Positions 1 to 13,253 of a stretch of DNA of 64,000 bases are shown here, piece by piece. The DNA lies in the NCBI RefSeq assembly GCF_006345805.1, contig NC_042997.1:30132001-30196000 (forward strand), in the 5' to 3' direction. The notes beneath the pieces were generated by a model, which saw only the letters and a program-made list of their open reading frames with translations, searched no databases and had not been told where the DNA came from. Position numbers and translations under genes: made by a program. The number at the start of each line of letters is the position of its first letter. Positions within the stretch are counted from its first letter, which is position 1. The DNA comes from Octopus sinensis (lineage: Eukaryota).

Positions 1-814
1 TCGTAAAAGTTTGCCATTCATCCGGATATAGTATATATAAACTCAACCATGTGCCTCGTTGATGTTGATCAGTTAGCTGATCGGCTTAAGCGAAGCGGGG
101 TCGTTGTTTATTTATAGTATATTCAGGCCTGCTGATGATTACGTAAGTATGAAATCACTGTGATACAGGTCTATATATTTTTAAATGTCTTTCTTTGAAA
201 AATTGCATTCGGTGGGATTAGTAATATTTTTGGTAGAAATGACTGATTGTCCCTCTTAGCGTATGGCGTGTATGTAGAATGCCTCCTGGCATGTATGTAT
301 AATGCCCTCTATATATAAATTAATATATATATATATATATATGTACATATATATATATATATTTTGCCCCCTTCGCCGTCCACAGAAATAGCGTTCGTAA
401 TACTTTTTTTCGTTCGGCTTAACAGCCCTTCTTGTCTTGTTATTTTCCTTGTCCTGTCTTTTACTGCTTATATTTTGTACTGTCGTTACTGTCCTGTTTG
501 TGTTACCATTTTTACCCCTCTGCAAAACGATCTCAAATTTTATTTGATTTGTGTTTCGCAGGAAGGAAAGTTTCTATCGAAGATACATCTCGCCTTCACC
601 TTCGAAACGTAGAGTAGATGAAGCTATGGCGACTGAAGAAGAGGTTTTTTCTTTGTGTTATTTGCCCTGTACACTATTTTTTTGTTGTTTAAGAAAAATG
701 TCCAGTTCCTTGGGTTTGTGTCTATGTTTTCGTTTCTCATTGTGTTCGACGTTTTTTGGTGTCCTGTACTCATATATGCGTGTATATATACATGTAGAGG
801 TAGGTACGTACATA

Positions 815-1215
815 TTCTCTTTTATTCTCTTTTACTTGTTTCAGTCATTTGACTGCGGCCATGCTGGAGCACCGCCTTTAATCGAGCAACTCGACCCCGG
901 GACTTATTCTTTGTAAGCCCAGTACTTATTCTATCGGTCTCTTTTTTGCCGAACCGCTAAGTGACGGGGACGTAAACACACCAGCATCGGTTGTCAAGCA
1001 ATGCTAGGGGGACAAACACAGACACACAAACACACACACATATATATATACATATTACGACAGGCTTCTTTCGGTTTCCGTCTACCAAATCCACTCACAA
1101 GGCATTGGTCGGCCCGGGGCTATAGCAGAAGACACTTGCCCAAGGTGCCACGCAGTAGGACTGAACCCGGAACCATGTGGCTGGTTAGCAAGCTACTTAC
1201 CACACAGCCACTCCT
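815..1215 (-). mobile_element. tRNA-derived SINE, family B (full length, internal CA/TA microsatellite)
   Basis: Reverse complement of copies at 24246-24680, 55745-56152 and 58865-59300. It has pol III A-box-like TGGCTGTGTGGT, B-box-like GGGTTCAGTCC, CCTTGGGCAAGTGTC (resembles the start of the CORE domain) and a GGCGGTGCTCCAGCATGGCC tail. Confidence 0.9.
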
Positions 1216-1299
1216 GTGTCTGTATATATGTATATATATATGCATATGTTTTATTTATTAATATATTATATTATATATATATATATATATTATATAATA

Positions 1300-1339
<40 letters not shown>

Positions 1340-1367
1340 TTATTTATTTATTTATTATTCATTTACA

Positions 1368-1422
1368 GCTGGGAGTTGTGGCGTGCTCCTGTAATCCAGC
1401 TACTCGGAGGCTTGACTGGTTG
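1368..1422 (+). pseudogene. 5' fragment of 7SL (SRP) RNA, Alu domain
   Basis: GCTGGGAGTTGTGGCGTGCTCCTGTAATCCAGCTACTCGGAGGCTTGA aligns by eye with the metazoan 7SL 5' end GCCGGGCGCGGTGGCGCGTGCCTGTAGTCCCAGCTACTCGGGAGGCTGAG, including the UGUNR motif. The rest of 7SL is absent. Confidence 0.65.
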
Positions 1423-1456
1423 AAATATAAATAAATTGTAAATATATAAATATATA

Positions 1457-1790
1457 TGTAGGACAAGATAATGTGATAGCCTGGGCTTCCGAGGCCCACA
1501 GCTCTTCAATATCCTCCCAAAGAACCTTAGAGACCTGCATTGGGTGGATGCAGATGTCTTTAAAATGAAACTGGATCTCTTCTTGTCAGGTATCCCAGAT
1601 GAACCAACTTCACGGCAGGAGGTGCAGATGAGGGCAGCTGCATCGAACTCTCTCATGCACCAAATGGCAATTGCTAAAAAGCATTCGTGAAGTAAAATCA
1701 TGTAGCAACACCAAATGGCGGTGCCCCAGCATGGCCACAGCTTGTGAGCTGAAAGTAGATAAATAAAAAGAATAATAAATAAATAAAAAT
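1457..1790 (+). mobile_element. 5'-truncated CR1/L2-group LINE 3' end
   Basis: Frame 1475-1690 reads DSLGFRGPQLFNILPKNLRDLHWVDADVFKMKLDLFLSGIPDEP...RAAASNSL...KHS*, typical of a CR1/L2-group ORF2 C-terminus. A short 3'UTR and an AAATA-type tail follow. Confidence 0.8.
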
Positions 1791-1839
1791 ATGTATATAG
1801 TCATCCAACGTTCTAACTAACTTATTATTCTAAATATAC

Positions 1840-3016
1840 TTAGCGGCATTTCATCCGTACTTACGTTCACAATTCAAATTTCGCCGAGGTCGACTTTGCC
1901 TTTCATCCTTTCGAGGTCGATGTAATCGACTACCCACCTCCCTCAAATTTCAGGCCTTATGCTAATAGAAGAAAGGATTATCATCCATACAATTTACTTT
2001 CGTAATAATCCTCTCTACCATATGCAAGAGGCCGGAAATTTTGTGGTAGTGTGTCAGTAGATCCCATTGACCCATGTGTTCGACTGGTGCTTATTTCATC
2101 GAACCCGAAAGAATGAATAACCAAGCCAACCGCGGCAGGATTTGAACTCAGAACTTAAAGGTGGACGAAATGCTGTTGATCATTATGCCAGGAATTTACT
2201 TTTGTAATGAGGGATTGCATTTCGCGATGTGATTCAAATATAAGAAGTGAGCAGGTGCAGACCTGTAGCTTAAAAGTTTGAGTCTCGATCGCATAGTTCC
2301 TTTTGGGATCCCGTATAGGACACCTTCCGAAAATGTTTTATGCTGTAGCCTGAGTTCCGTTCATGTCTTATGAATAAACGAACACCGAGTAGAAGTCCGT
2401 TGGGTGGACTATAGCAATTGTTGCATGCTAGTCCTAATCCTCCTTCCGTTTACCACTTGCGCCTAGTGCCTTGGATTCTTTTAGCGGAGTTCATTCTATT
2501 GCAATCTTTTGGACCATGTAGTCTGCCTGGATATATTGGGTTTCTACCGCAGTAACTCGACAAATGTATATTTTTTTATTTTAACCTTCCTTCCTCATAA
2601 CTAATGAATCACATCACTCGAAATAAGATCAGAATTCCGTTCAGAGTGGTTATGGTGTGAGCCAGAAACGTTTTAATATAGCAAAGTGGAAGAAGAGAAA
2701 GTGATGTTGCTTAAGTCCTGAGCAAGTAAATTGTGAAAAATCTGCATTTTTCAAGACAGCTGAACTTGTAGAATTCTTTTACAAACTCTTGTGAATAATA
2801 TTTGACATAAAGGCGGCGAGCTGGAAGAATCATTAGCAAAATGCTTAGCGCCATTTCGTCCATCTTTACGGTCTGAGCTCAAATGCCGCCGTGGTCAACT
2901 TTGCCATTCACCATTCCAGGGTCGATTAAATAAGTAGCAGTTGAACACTGGAAGTCGATGTAATCAACTTATTCGCACCCCCAAACTTGCTGGCCTTGTG
3001 CCAAAATTTGGAACCA
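1840..3016. mobile_element. Cluster of older family-A-related SINE copies (about 1840-1980 +, 2025-2190 -, 2810-3016 +)
   Basis: Degenerate GGCGGCGAGCTGG head, GAGTTCAAAT B box and GTCGACTTTGCCTTTCATCC body. Confidence 0.75.
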
Positions 3017-4313
3017 ATATTACTTGACTTAGTATATCATGGATAATACAATATTGAAAACTATACCCTATAACAGAATTTCTCTTTCTTTGACTCATTT
3101 CCTGTTGAAGTCACAACGGCATCGTTGTTACATACTTTAGAGAATTTAAACGTGATTGAGTCTATGTCGCTCTCTGATCAATGTGGATGTTTTAAATGAA
3201 AAAAGAATCCACCTAGCACTGGACTTCAGTAGGATTTGAAATCAAAGTACATCCAGCCGAAAAGAACACCCGATCCGCGGGGTATTTTACTAGTGTCTGT
3301 AACGATTCTGTTAATTCGCTGACTTTGAATTTAGTAAGAGATTTCAAATCATGTAAATTAAAAAGATAAAGGTGAAGTTTACAGAAGATGGCTTATACAT
3401 AGTTGACTTGATAATGTGGAAACATGACACAAGATATTTAAGTTTGTATGTGTATGAGTATATCTGTGTATGAGTATATCTGTGTATAAGTAAATGTGTG
3501 TTTTCTTTTTTTTTCCTTTCTCTTGATCTCTTATCTAAAGTAGACTCTGGTCGAGTAATGCCACAACTAAAGGTGTTCCAACCACGTACGTCCAGTCTTA
3601 CTGGAAGGTATTTGGGAATTAATTATTTAATGAGATATGATTTAAAATATGTTTGATTTTTATTTCTAGCAAATCGAGTGACGTTATTGGGGCTTTTTAT
3701 TCGTATATAAATGTTTATAAATACGAATCTGTGCTGCTGTTAGTAGTGTAGTAATTTTAACCATGGGTAAACCGCTAATCGAGCCAAATTATGATCAAAG
3801 TGTCCGTATATGTGATTGTTCTACCTTGTAATGAGTATCTAGGAATACATTTTATGACACCTTCATTCTTTAAAATGGTGAGGTGTGAGTTGATAGCGAT
3901 GTAGTTTCTGTTTCCACAAGGTAAATAGATCACGTAGGTGCTCCCCTGTTGACTCATGAATGTGTGTTTGTACGCATGTTTGTTTCTATGCATCCGTATA
4001 TGTTTGCATGTGCGCTTGTATGAGTATGTATCCGTCGGTACTTGTGAACGATAACAAATAATTAGAATGACACACAGAATTTCCCCTCTCCCTCCAGTGA
4101 ATAAGCAGAGATATCTTTCTCTTCTAATACTATACGATTGTCACGTACGACACCTAGAAGACCTTATTCGTGACTTCAAGTTGACATGATATCTGTCTGT
4201 CCATCCATCTATCTATCTTTATGTCTATCTATCTTTATATCTATCTCTCTATATGTATATGTATATATATATATCCGTTTCTCTGTCTCTCTGTCTCTCT
4301 GTCTGTCTCTCTG

Positions 4314-4352
<39 letters not shown>

Positions 4353-4462
4353 TTGTCTGTCTATCTGTCCATATAGTTCTATATGTGTATGCTGTATGCA
4401 TGTATATGTGCGTGTGTATGTATCTATCTATGTATATATGTACGTATACATATAGGCATATG

Positions 4463-4545
<83 letters not shown>
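4463..4545. repeat. (GATA)n microsatellite
   Basis: Direct reading. Confidence 0.97.
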
Positions 4546-4546
<1 letters not shown>

Positions 4547-4997
4547 CAAATAGATTTTCCTGCGTGCGTGTATGCGAATGCATGCAAAAGTGGTTTCGTT
4601 TTCAATATGCCTTATTTAAAACCAGATCGCACATGGGATGACTCGTCTTCCTTGAAACTGCATTACCTTGTGCTTGGAGTAGCAAAGTATCTAATTCCAC
4701 CAACGTTTTAAGTCCTGTTTCGGTCTTATCTTCTGTTAATAGAAAACTCTCAAGCACACATTCATATTTTATTACCTTTTCTATGTGTGGGAAAAAAATG
4801 TGTGCATGGCACAAGTTATTTCGATCTCTATGTGAGTAAATTGTTTTCGATTGATTTCTAATCTAAAGCCAACACTGGTCAAATAATGTTATAAGCAAGG
4901 GCGTTCCAATCACGTTCATCCAATCTTATTTGAGGTTACAACGTGTAATAAAAGTTTTGCTCTTTATTTTTCATTTTTTATTTATTTATCATTTATT

Positions 4998-5074
<77 letters not shown>

Positions 5075-5090
5075 TATTATTATTATTACT

Positions 5091-5648
5091 GCGTGAGAGA
5101 GCAGTGCATGCCATCAAAGTGACACTGGGGTAAAATATACGAAGCCCAATATACCCATCATGACTACACATCTGATAAGGGTAGACTAGGCACATGCATC
5201 ACAACCATATGTGCGCGACATGGTGATCTCATATCAAGATAAACAGAACATGACCTTGCAGGTGGGGCCCAGTTAAAATTTTCTTCAGGTTGAGTAGCCC
5301 ATCCCGCTCAAAAGGTCCCTGAATAAGGGTTGTTTAAGGATGTTGAAAGAACCACCCATGTTTCCAGAGGTGAATTATTCAAACCCAAAGAATCCCTCTC
5401 AACACATTGCTATGATGCTCCCCCACTACTTCTGCTCGTGATCAGAGATGCACATGTCGTCAGCCACTAAGGGACATGCTCAACTGGTTAAGGTCAAACA
5501 ACTGACAAGCAAATCTGTGGTATTGAGCAAATATTTGCTGTAGCCCATCTTTTTTATACCAAGACAAACCAATGTACATGATAACACTTCCAATCAGTTA
5601 AGATCAGAAGCCATGAGAGCCACTGCCTGGTACTGCATCAGGGCATTT
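5091..5648. mobile_element. ~555-bp interspersed element (family D), copy 1, embedded in (ATT)n
   Basis: Near-identical to 13254-13807 end to end (GAGTGAGAGAGCAG...CATCAGGGCATTT), with (ATT)n on both sides. Confidence 0.9.
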
Positions 5649-5657
5649 ATTTTATTA

Positions 5658-5723
<66 letters not shown>

Positions 5724-6248
5724 CATTATTTTGTTAGTAAGTGTTATTTGCCATTTGCTTCTATCTAGAAATCAAAGGAAATGACTACTCTTCCCTTCAA
5801 ACTTTCTTGTTTTTGACCTGGACATCAACACTTATAAACTGACCTATTTCCCATTACATGTCAGACAGATTCAGCGGTGAGTTGCTGGAGCAGAAATATC
5901 ATTAGAGCAAATATTCTGCTCAATACCACAGAGTTGCTTGACAGTTGTATTTTTTGGTCACCCATATGTGCACCTATAGATGTACACGAGTGAGTGAGTA
6001 AAAGAATGAAATAAGATAGCAGTCAACATATTTGGTTATGGTTAGAGATATTAAATTACAGTTTAACGCATTTCTACATCTCTTAAAGTTTTGTGGGTGC
6101 GTGTAGTACATGTCTACCTCGTGAGATGTTCGAATAAGTCTGGGGTCGTTGTTTACAACATGCACTTTATCCGAACATCTTACAATTCGGACGTGTGCTA
6201 CGCACAAGAATCTTAAGCAATGTAGAGCTCAGTCGAACTCTGTGCGTG

Positions 6249-6289
<41 letters not shown>

Positions 6290-6394
6290 TACAGTTTATA
6301 AGTAAGGGCAAAAGAAAAAAGTTCTAATGCCAAAATATGCTGAAAATAGACATAACGTCAATAACCATGTAATTTATCACTACAAGCACGCGTC

Positions 6395-6449
<55 letters not shown>

Positions 6450-6548
6450 TATATATATATTATTATACTTATATATATATATATATAGTATATATAATAT
6501 TATATATATATCTATATATACTATGTATGTATATATATATATATATAT

Positions 6549-6582
<34 letters not shown>

Positions 6583-6639
6583 GTATTATATATATCATAT
6601 ATATCCATATATATATATATATACGTATACATGTCTAAT

Positions 6640-6790
6640 ATGTATGTATCTATGTATGTATATATGTATGTATGTATGTATGCATGTATGTATGTATGTA
6701 TGTATGTATGTATGTATGTATGTATGTATGTATGTATGCATGTATGTATGTATGTATGTATGTATGTATGTATGCATGTATGTATGTATA
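6640..6790. repeat. (TATG)n microsatellite within a TA-rich tract
   Basis: Direct reading. It explains the ORFs at 6324-6920. Confidence 0.95.
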
Positions 6791-7477
6791 TCAACACAAA
6801 TAAACATGCACACACATACTTTCTGTTGATTTTCGTTAACCTCATTTCCGAGGCCAGTGGTAACACGAAGCTTTGGCGAATAAAAAAAAGACCAGCATCT
6901 ACACTATAAGAAATATTCATACACTACGTTTTGCGTCGGATAGATAGATACATACATACATACATTTGTATATTATGTAAATATATATACATATATATGT
7001 ATACACACTCTCATACACACACACACACACATACATATGGGTCAATGTTTCCTTGATCAAAGAAAGCAAAAAAAAAATAAACAGACTAAATACACCACTA
7101 GCTTCTTTTCTCCACCCCTTTTCTTTCCAATTTTTATTATATTGTTTCACGGTTATTTTTTGGGGAAACTCTTCTATCAAAAATCTAATACAAGACAATC
7201 ATACCCCAACGGTATTCAGCATCACGTACACACGAAATCAAAATAAAGTAGTTCCCTCAAAAAAACATTCCAGACATCTCATTTTTGTCAAGAATCATAA
7301 CGAGGTTTATGTATTATGTCAATTATATTGTAGCTTTTTGACACAAACAACGTATAGAGTTGTGTCTTGAGGCATTATATTGAGAGAAGATTTCAGCTGT
7401 CACGAAAGCAGATAATATCGCTTCGCACATACTCACACATAACACACACACACTCACACACAACACACACACACACA

Positions 7478-7519
<42 letters not shown>

Positions 7520-7887
7520 TATTATATATACATATATAATATATATATACATATATATATATATATGTATGTATGTATGTATGTATGCATGTATGTATGT
7601 ATGTATGTATGTATTATTAGGCATATGAATATACATATACATATCAGTATATAGACATATACAGACTAACGCGCACACATTACACACACAAATACAAACG
7701 CTCACGCACACGCACGAACACACACATTGCAAATGTTAAGCGGTGGATTGGATGAGCCATTAAAGAATTGGATAGAAAAAAATTGATGTGGTTTTCCGGA
7801 CATTATTGGCCTGGGTTCAAATCTTAATCTGAGACGAAACAAAAGTAAAGAGAGTTGATTTTACACCCTCCTCCTCCCAATCTCTCG

Positions 7888-7942
<55 letters not shown>

Positions 7943-7954
7943 GCTCTCTTCTCT

Positions 7955-8310
7955 CTCAGATACCTCCTTCACAGGGTCCTGTCGAAAACAACTGTCATTA
8001 GACTGTTCAGCTGTATTCCCAAGCGTGACCAACTAAGATTTTGGATATTATCCAACCATCTCGTTCATGGTCAGCCTCTAGTTGGCTCGGCTTCAAGAAC
8101 CCGTCTTGTGATTCTATCCTATTACATTCTAATCATATGTCCGTAGTACTGGAGTTGTGACGTCACAATGTGGAGAAGTTGCTGCTTGACTTGGAGAGAC
8201 TCCTTGCTTACGGAACTGCGCAACCTGCCGAGTAAAGTTACTCCAGAAATCTTTCTGAGAAGCCCATTTCAGACGCTTGTATTCGTCTTTCGCTTATTAA
8301 CGAACATTCA
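7955..8310 (-). pseudogene. Decayed RTE-clade (Rex3/Expander-like) LINE ORF C-terminal fragment
   Basis: The minus strand translates to RIQASEMGFLRKISGVTLLGRLRSS...LLHIVTSQLQYYGHMIRM**DRITRRVLEAEPT...TRWLDNIQNLSWSRLGI, matching the RTE pattern IQAAEMxFLR...QxRWxGHxxRM...RTRW. It contains in-frame stops. Confidence 0.7.
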
Positions 8311-8833
8311 GGGCACATATCAGACCACGACAAACTGCAATATGAAAAGGGGTTCGAAAAAGTAACCACAACGCATCGTCCATCTCGCGGGTCAGGAAGG
8401 GATGCGTTCCGATCTTATGTAAAACGTTCTATTAAACAGATCATAGAAAAGAATCATAAAATTCTGAAACTTTCTAATGAGAGAACGAAGTATAATAATC
8501 GTTTCAAATTTTTGTACAAGGCCAGTAATTTCGGGGTGCAAAAGAACGAGGCATTCAAAACTTTATAGTAGCCTGGTGGTTAGGGTGCTGCACTCATGTT
8601 AGCTTGATCATAGGTTCGATTCCGAAACCGGACTGCGTGTTGTGTTCATGAACAAAACACTGGACTTCACATTGTTCTTCAATCATTTCGAGATCTGACG
8701 TGTGTACCTGTAGGGCCCGTGTCGATTTTGGTGCAAAGACTATATTTATGAAAACACAAACATCCGATCGCTCTAAACAAATCATCAGTGTGATCGTTTA
8801 GCAAAAAATTGAAGCACCTCTCTTTCTCTCTCT

Positions 8834-8882
<49 letters not shown>

Positions 8883-8945
8883 CTCTCTCTATACAGTATA
8901 TCCCTAAATAGCCATACATTTCATGCACACTCACACACACATACA

Positions 8946-8988
<43 letters not shown>

Positions 8989-9809
8989 TATATATAGGAA
9001 TAAAATTATATATAAAGAAAACAAGAACGTGAAATACACAAAAGGACGAACACAGAAACAGACGGGTCATTCGAAGCCTTAATCTTCAGTCAGAAACTTG
9101 ATCATCATAGCAAATTTCGGCTGATTAATTCTGATATTTGCTCCAACGCGGCCAGCCCCAAGGAAAAACTAAGCTGTGAGCATTAGATTTCTTGGAAAAA
9201 GGAACGGATGTAAACGCAACAGGGACGAATATAAATACAAAATACGAAAACAAAAATAAAAACAAGAATGGTCAATAACAGGATAACACCAGGTGTCTTA
9301 CGACTTTAGACAAAATGAGACAAATATAACTTATCTAGCAGGCGTGTTTGGAAACAATTGCCTTTTCGGCAGAGGGGGAACGATGTTGAGCGGGCCGCGG
9401 TCACCAACGAAATGGCTTGTTAAGCAGCAGGTCACAAGAGGGTTCAGAGAAAGAAAGAGAGACAGAGAGAGAAGGAATTAAAGAGGGTGGAAGACATAGG
9501 GCGCCGAGGATTGACCAGGTCACGTGAGAATAAGAGAGAGAGAGAGAAAGAAGGAATTAAAGAGGATGGAAGGAAGAGGTGGGAAGAGAGAGAGGGCGCC
9601 AAAATAGCTTAGCAAAGAAGCAATGGCGCATAGCGAAGGCGAGAAAGAGAAAGACATATATATATATATAAGGAAAAGGCACCGTAGGCTTCGGTGAAGT
9701 GTTCGATGGTGGCTACATAATCGAATCTTCGAAATAACGGTAAACATTTTCATTGTAAAAATTAAATACATTAACGATATATTGAATAATCCTTCAATTC
9801 AAAGTTAAA

Positions 9810-10205
9810 CTATGTCTATCGCTGTGTGGTTAAGAAATTCTCATTGCAGCCAACTGGTTTCAGTTTCAGTGGCATTGCACAGGATTATGCGAAGTGTCTT
9901 CTGCCAATACCTTTCAATGTCATCTGAGTCAACTGGTAGATGGAAACAGCGTAGAAGTTCGACTTTATATGTGTGTGTCTATACGCGTGTGTCGTTGTAT
10001 TAATGTGTGTTAATGTGGTTTTGTCCCCACTACACTTTGATAACTAGTGTAGGACTGTTATTATTCCCAGTAACATAACAGTTTGGCGAAAAGCCCCAAC
10101 AGAATAAGTACTAGACTGGAAATAAGTATTGGAGTTCATTTGCTCGACTAACCCAGGGAGGCGAGGTCCCAGCCTGGCCTCAGTCCAATGAAGAAAACAA
10201 AATAG
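9810..10205 (+). mobile_element. Old, diverged family-B-like SINE
   Basis: GTGTGGTTAAGAA head, AAGTGTCTTCTG, CAGAATAAGTACTAG and a degenerate GGCGAGGTCCCAGCCTGGCC tail. Confidence 0.6.
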
Positions 10206-10245
10206 TAGCGTACGTACATACATGTGTATGTTTGTGTGTGTGTGC

Positions 10246-10277
<32 letters not shown>

Positions 10278-10303
10278 TCGTGTGTGTGTGTGTGTGTGTG
10301 TGC

Positions 10304-10346
<43 letters not shown>

Positions 10347-12593
10347 TGTGTGATTGCGCATTTGTAAATGTTTAGGTGATATGAGAGATCGTGCTTTCAG
10401 CACCTACTTCTGTAAAGCCGATGATACACGGAGATTCACGCTTGTGTGTGAAACGGCGGTCTCACTAGCAATCTGCTTTCCTTGAACACAATTACGCCGA
10501 TAATCAGACAGTTTAAAATACCTCGTAGAAGCTTCGAATTGAATAGCTACGAAAGAACATTCTCAGCTTTGCGCAAATATTTAAACTCATTTTACTATGT
10601 ATCTTTTATATTTTCATTCTATATTTATCGGACTGTCCGATGAAAGACACATAAAAGCGAAATTCACCATTATCTACTGCCTTGTTAAGAGAAGTTACAA
10701 TTATGTATGTGTGTATCAATCCATATTACTCCCCATCTCTCTTTTCTGTCACACTCTCTCTATACCCAGAAACCGGTCCGCAGATGTTGTCTTGTGCTGG
10801 ATGGGGGTGATGAGCTTCTCTGTTCGAAAATATAAGGACACAGATATTGTGTCGTATAGCCAGCTGGAAATGACGTTTCCTGTGGCTAAACCACAGTAAC
10901 ATTCGTTCCATCCAGGACTGTCACATTATGTTGGCAAATAATCTTTACTTTAAAGTACAGTTACTGAATATCTCACTTTGAGAGATTTAGATATAATAAT
11001 GTTTCTATTTACTAGCCAAATAACAGTAACATTCGTCCCATCCAGGACTGCCACATTATGTTGGGAAATAGTCTTTACTATATATATATATATTATACAT
11101 TATATTATATTACATTACGTTACATTATATATATACTTTTACAATACAACTTGAGGATTCTCTGGGATGCATTATCATTGATGTTTCAGGAATCTCAGGC
11201 GGGGTTCGGATCTTTAAACATCAGCCTAGTAGGGGTTGCTCCCCTCCCTCTGTCTCTGTATCTATCTATCTCTATTCCTCTATCTCTTTCTCTCTCTATC
11301 TATATCCCTCTATCTCTCTCTATCTCTCTCTATATATATATATGTATGTATGTGTGTATATGTGTGTGTATATATATATATATAATATATATATATATTA
11401 TATATAATATGTGTGTGTGTGTGTGTGTGATTTGGGTTACATATTCATACACACACGTATCAAAATGCTTTTCAATAAACCCGCCATCAGCCTCGACTGC
11501 TCCGTCGATACGACTTGATGCGTTGATCAGATAATGTTATTTATGTTGGACACAATGTACTCAGTAGTGGACATCCATCAAAGAGTCATTGGTATCATGT
11601 GCAAGATTGTTGTGCTCCCGCACATTTACATGCCAGACAGAATAGTCCAGAGGGTTTAAATTAGCACAACTAGGAAGCACAATGTTATGACAATTTTCAG
11701 CAATTTATGCAAGTTGTGTGAGTCTTACTGGAATATATTCGGCCTCCCACGAGCAATTCTTCCGATCCAAAGCCTGATAACCGTCTCCATTATCTCGAAA
11801 TAGGCAGTCGCAGGGACCCTAAGCCCTTGCGCGTATGTATATAGACAAATATAGACAATATAGAGACATATGTATATTATGTTAATGTTTCCCTTTACAG
11901 TAAATATATAAAATCTTTCGGCTTCTTGTCTCATATATTCATAATTAATTAAACAATCATCAGAACGTTTGTTAGCACTAGGGAACAAAGTTTAAAGTAT
12001 TCATTACGTAAGAAGTAAAATGATACAGTTTTTCACAGAAAATGCATTTTAGTTCAGAGTTTGATTTGTAATCGGTGTTTAATTAGTGAAGATTTATATT
12101 TGGAAATCTTTGGATTTATGACATAGATTTATGTCAGATTTTTGTCAAAGTATTCTATTCGTTCCATGGCCATAAAATCTGATGAAACACTTTTTAAAGG
12201 TTCTGTTGCAAACACTGAATTATATATGTAGTATTTGTATCCCGGAAAATGTACTTAAAATTTCATGTACTATGCAATTTGAGTTGCGAATGATTGTATT
12301 TTCCAGCAGTTTTCTTAATTCCTTTTATCCTTATATCACAGTTTTCGTTCTACTCCTGTATTTGACATGGTAAGCGATGGAGATTGTTCAGTTTCTGTTC
12401 ATTCAAACATAGTATAACATGTATGCTTAACTGCCTCACAAATCTTATTGGATAGTTCAATATCTTTTTATTTAGTTTTAGAAAATTCTGCACGAAGTGG
12501 TTACATTTTCGTATATTTACATCATTTGTATAAGAACTTGGCCCAAACATTCTCATTTGTTTTCTCAATGAAATTTATTCCATGATTTTTACT

Positions 12594-12698
<105 letters not shown>

Positions 12699-12702
12699 TA
12701 TT

Positions 12703-13164
12703 GAGTGAGAGAGCAGTGCATGCCATCTAAGTGACACTGGGGTAAAATATACGAAGCCCAGTATACCCATCATGACTACCCGTATAATAAGGGTACACCA
12801 GGCACATGCATCATAACCATATGTACGCGACATGGTGATCACATACCAAGATAAACAGAACACGACCTTGCAGGTGGGGCCCAGTTAGAACTTTCTTCTG
12901 GTCGGGTAGCCCATCCCACTCAAAAGGTCCCTGAATAAGAGCTGTTTAAGGATGTTGAAAGAAACACCCATGTTTCCAAAGGTGAATTATTCAAACCTCA
13001 AAGAATCTCTCTCAACACATGGCTATGAGGCTCCCCTACTACTTCTGCTCGTGATCAGAGATGCACATATTGTCAGCCGCTAAGGGACATGCTCAACTGG
13101 TTAAGGTCAAACAACTCACAAGCAAATCTGTGGTATTGACCAGAATATTGGCTGTAGCCCATCT
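12703..13164. mobile_element. Family D element, copy 2 (truncated)
   Basis: Homologous to 5091-5548. It is preceded by (ATT)n/(AGT)n and ends at GTAGCCCATCT. Confidence 0.9.
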
Positions 13165-13253
13165 CGTCTTGTGTTTTGTCTCTTTATGTTATAATTAACT
13201 TTTGTCAGCCCTTGTGGCCAACAAAACAATAAATTATTATTATTATTATTATT

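Noticed and set aside
34-74. TATAAA (36-41) plus TCAGTT initiator-like motif (69-74)
   Set aside because: Spacing of about 35 nt is longer than canonical, and such motifs are common in AT-rich DNA.
562-643. Exon-like ORF KESFYRRYISPSPSKRRVDEAMATEEE with a good acceptor, joinable to 2633-2704
   Set aside because: The segment and its downstream flank are homologous to the interspersed repeat at about 16990-17168, and the donor (GTTTTT) is weak, so it is more simply a repeat copy.
9040-9480. Suspected Penelope-like repeat
   Set aside because: Recalled as a common octopus repeat, but there is no clear second copy or diagnostic motif in this window to support a call.
11531-11664. Open frame DNVIYVGHNVLSSGHPSKSHWYHVQDCCAPAHLHARQNSPEGLN*
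   Set aside because: Poor polypyrimidine tract, no linked exon and no recognisable family.
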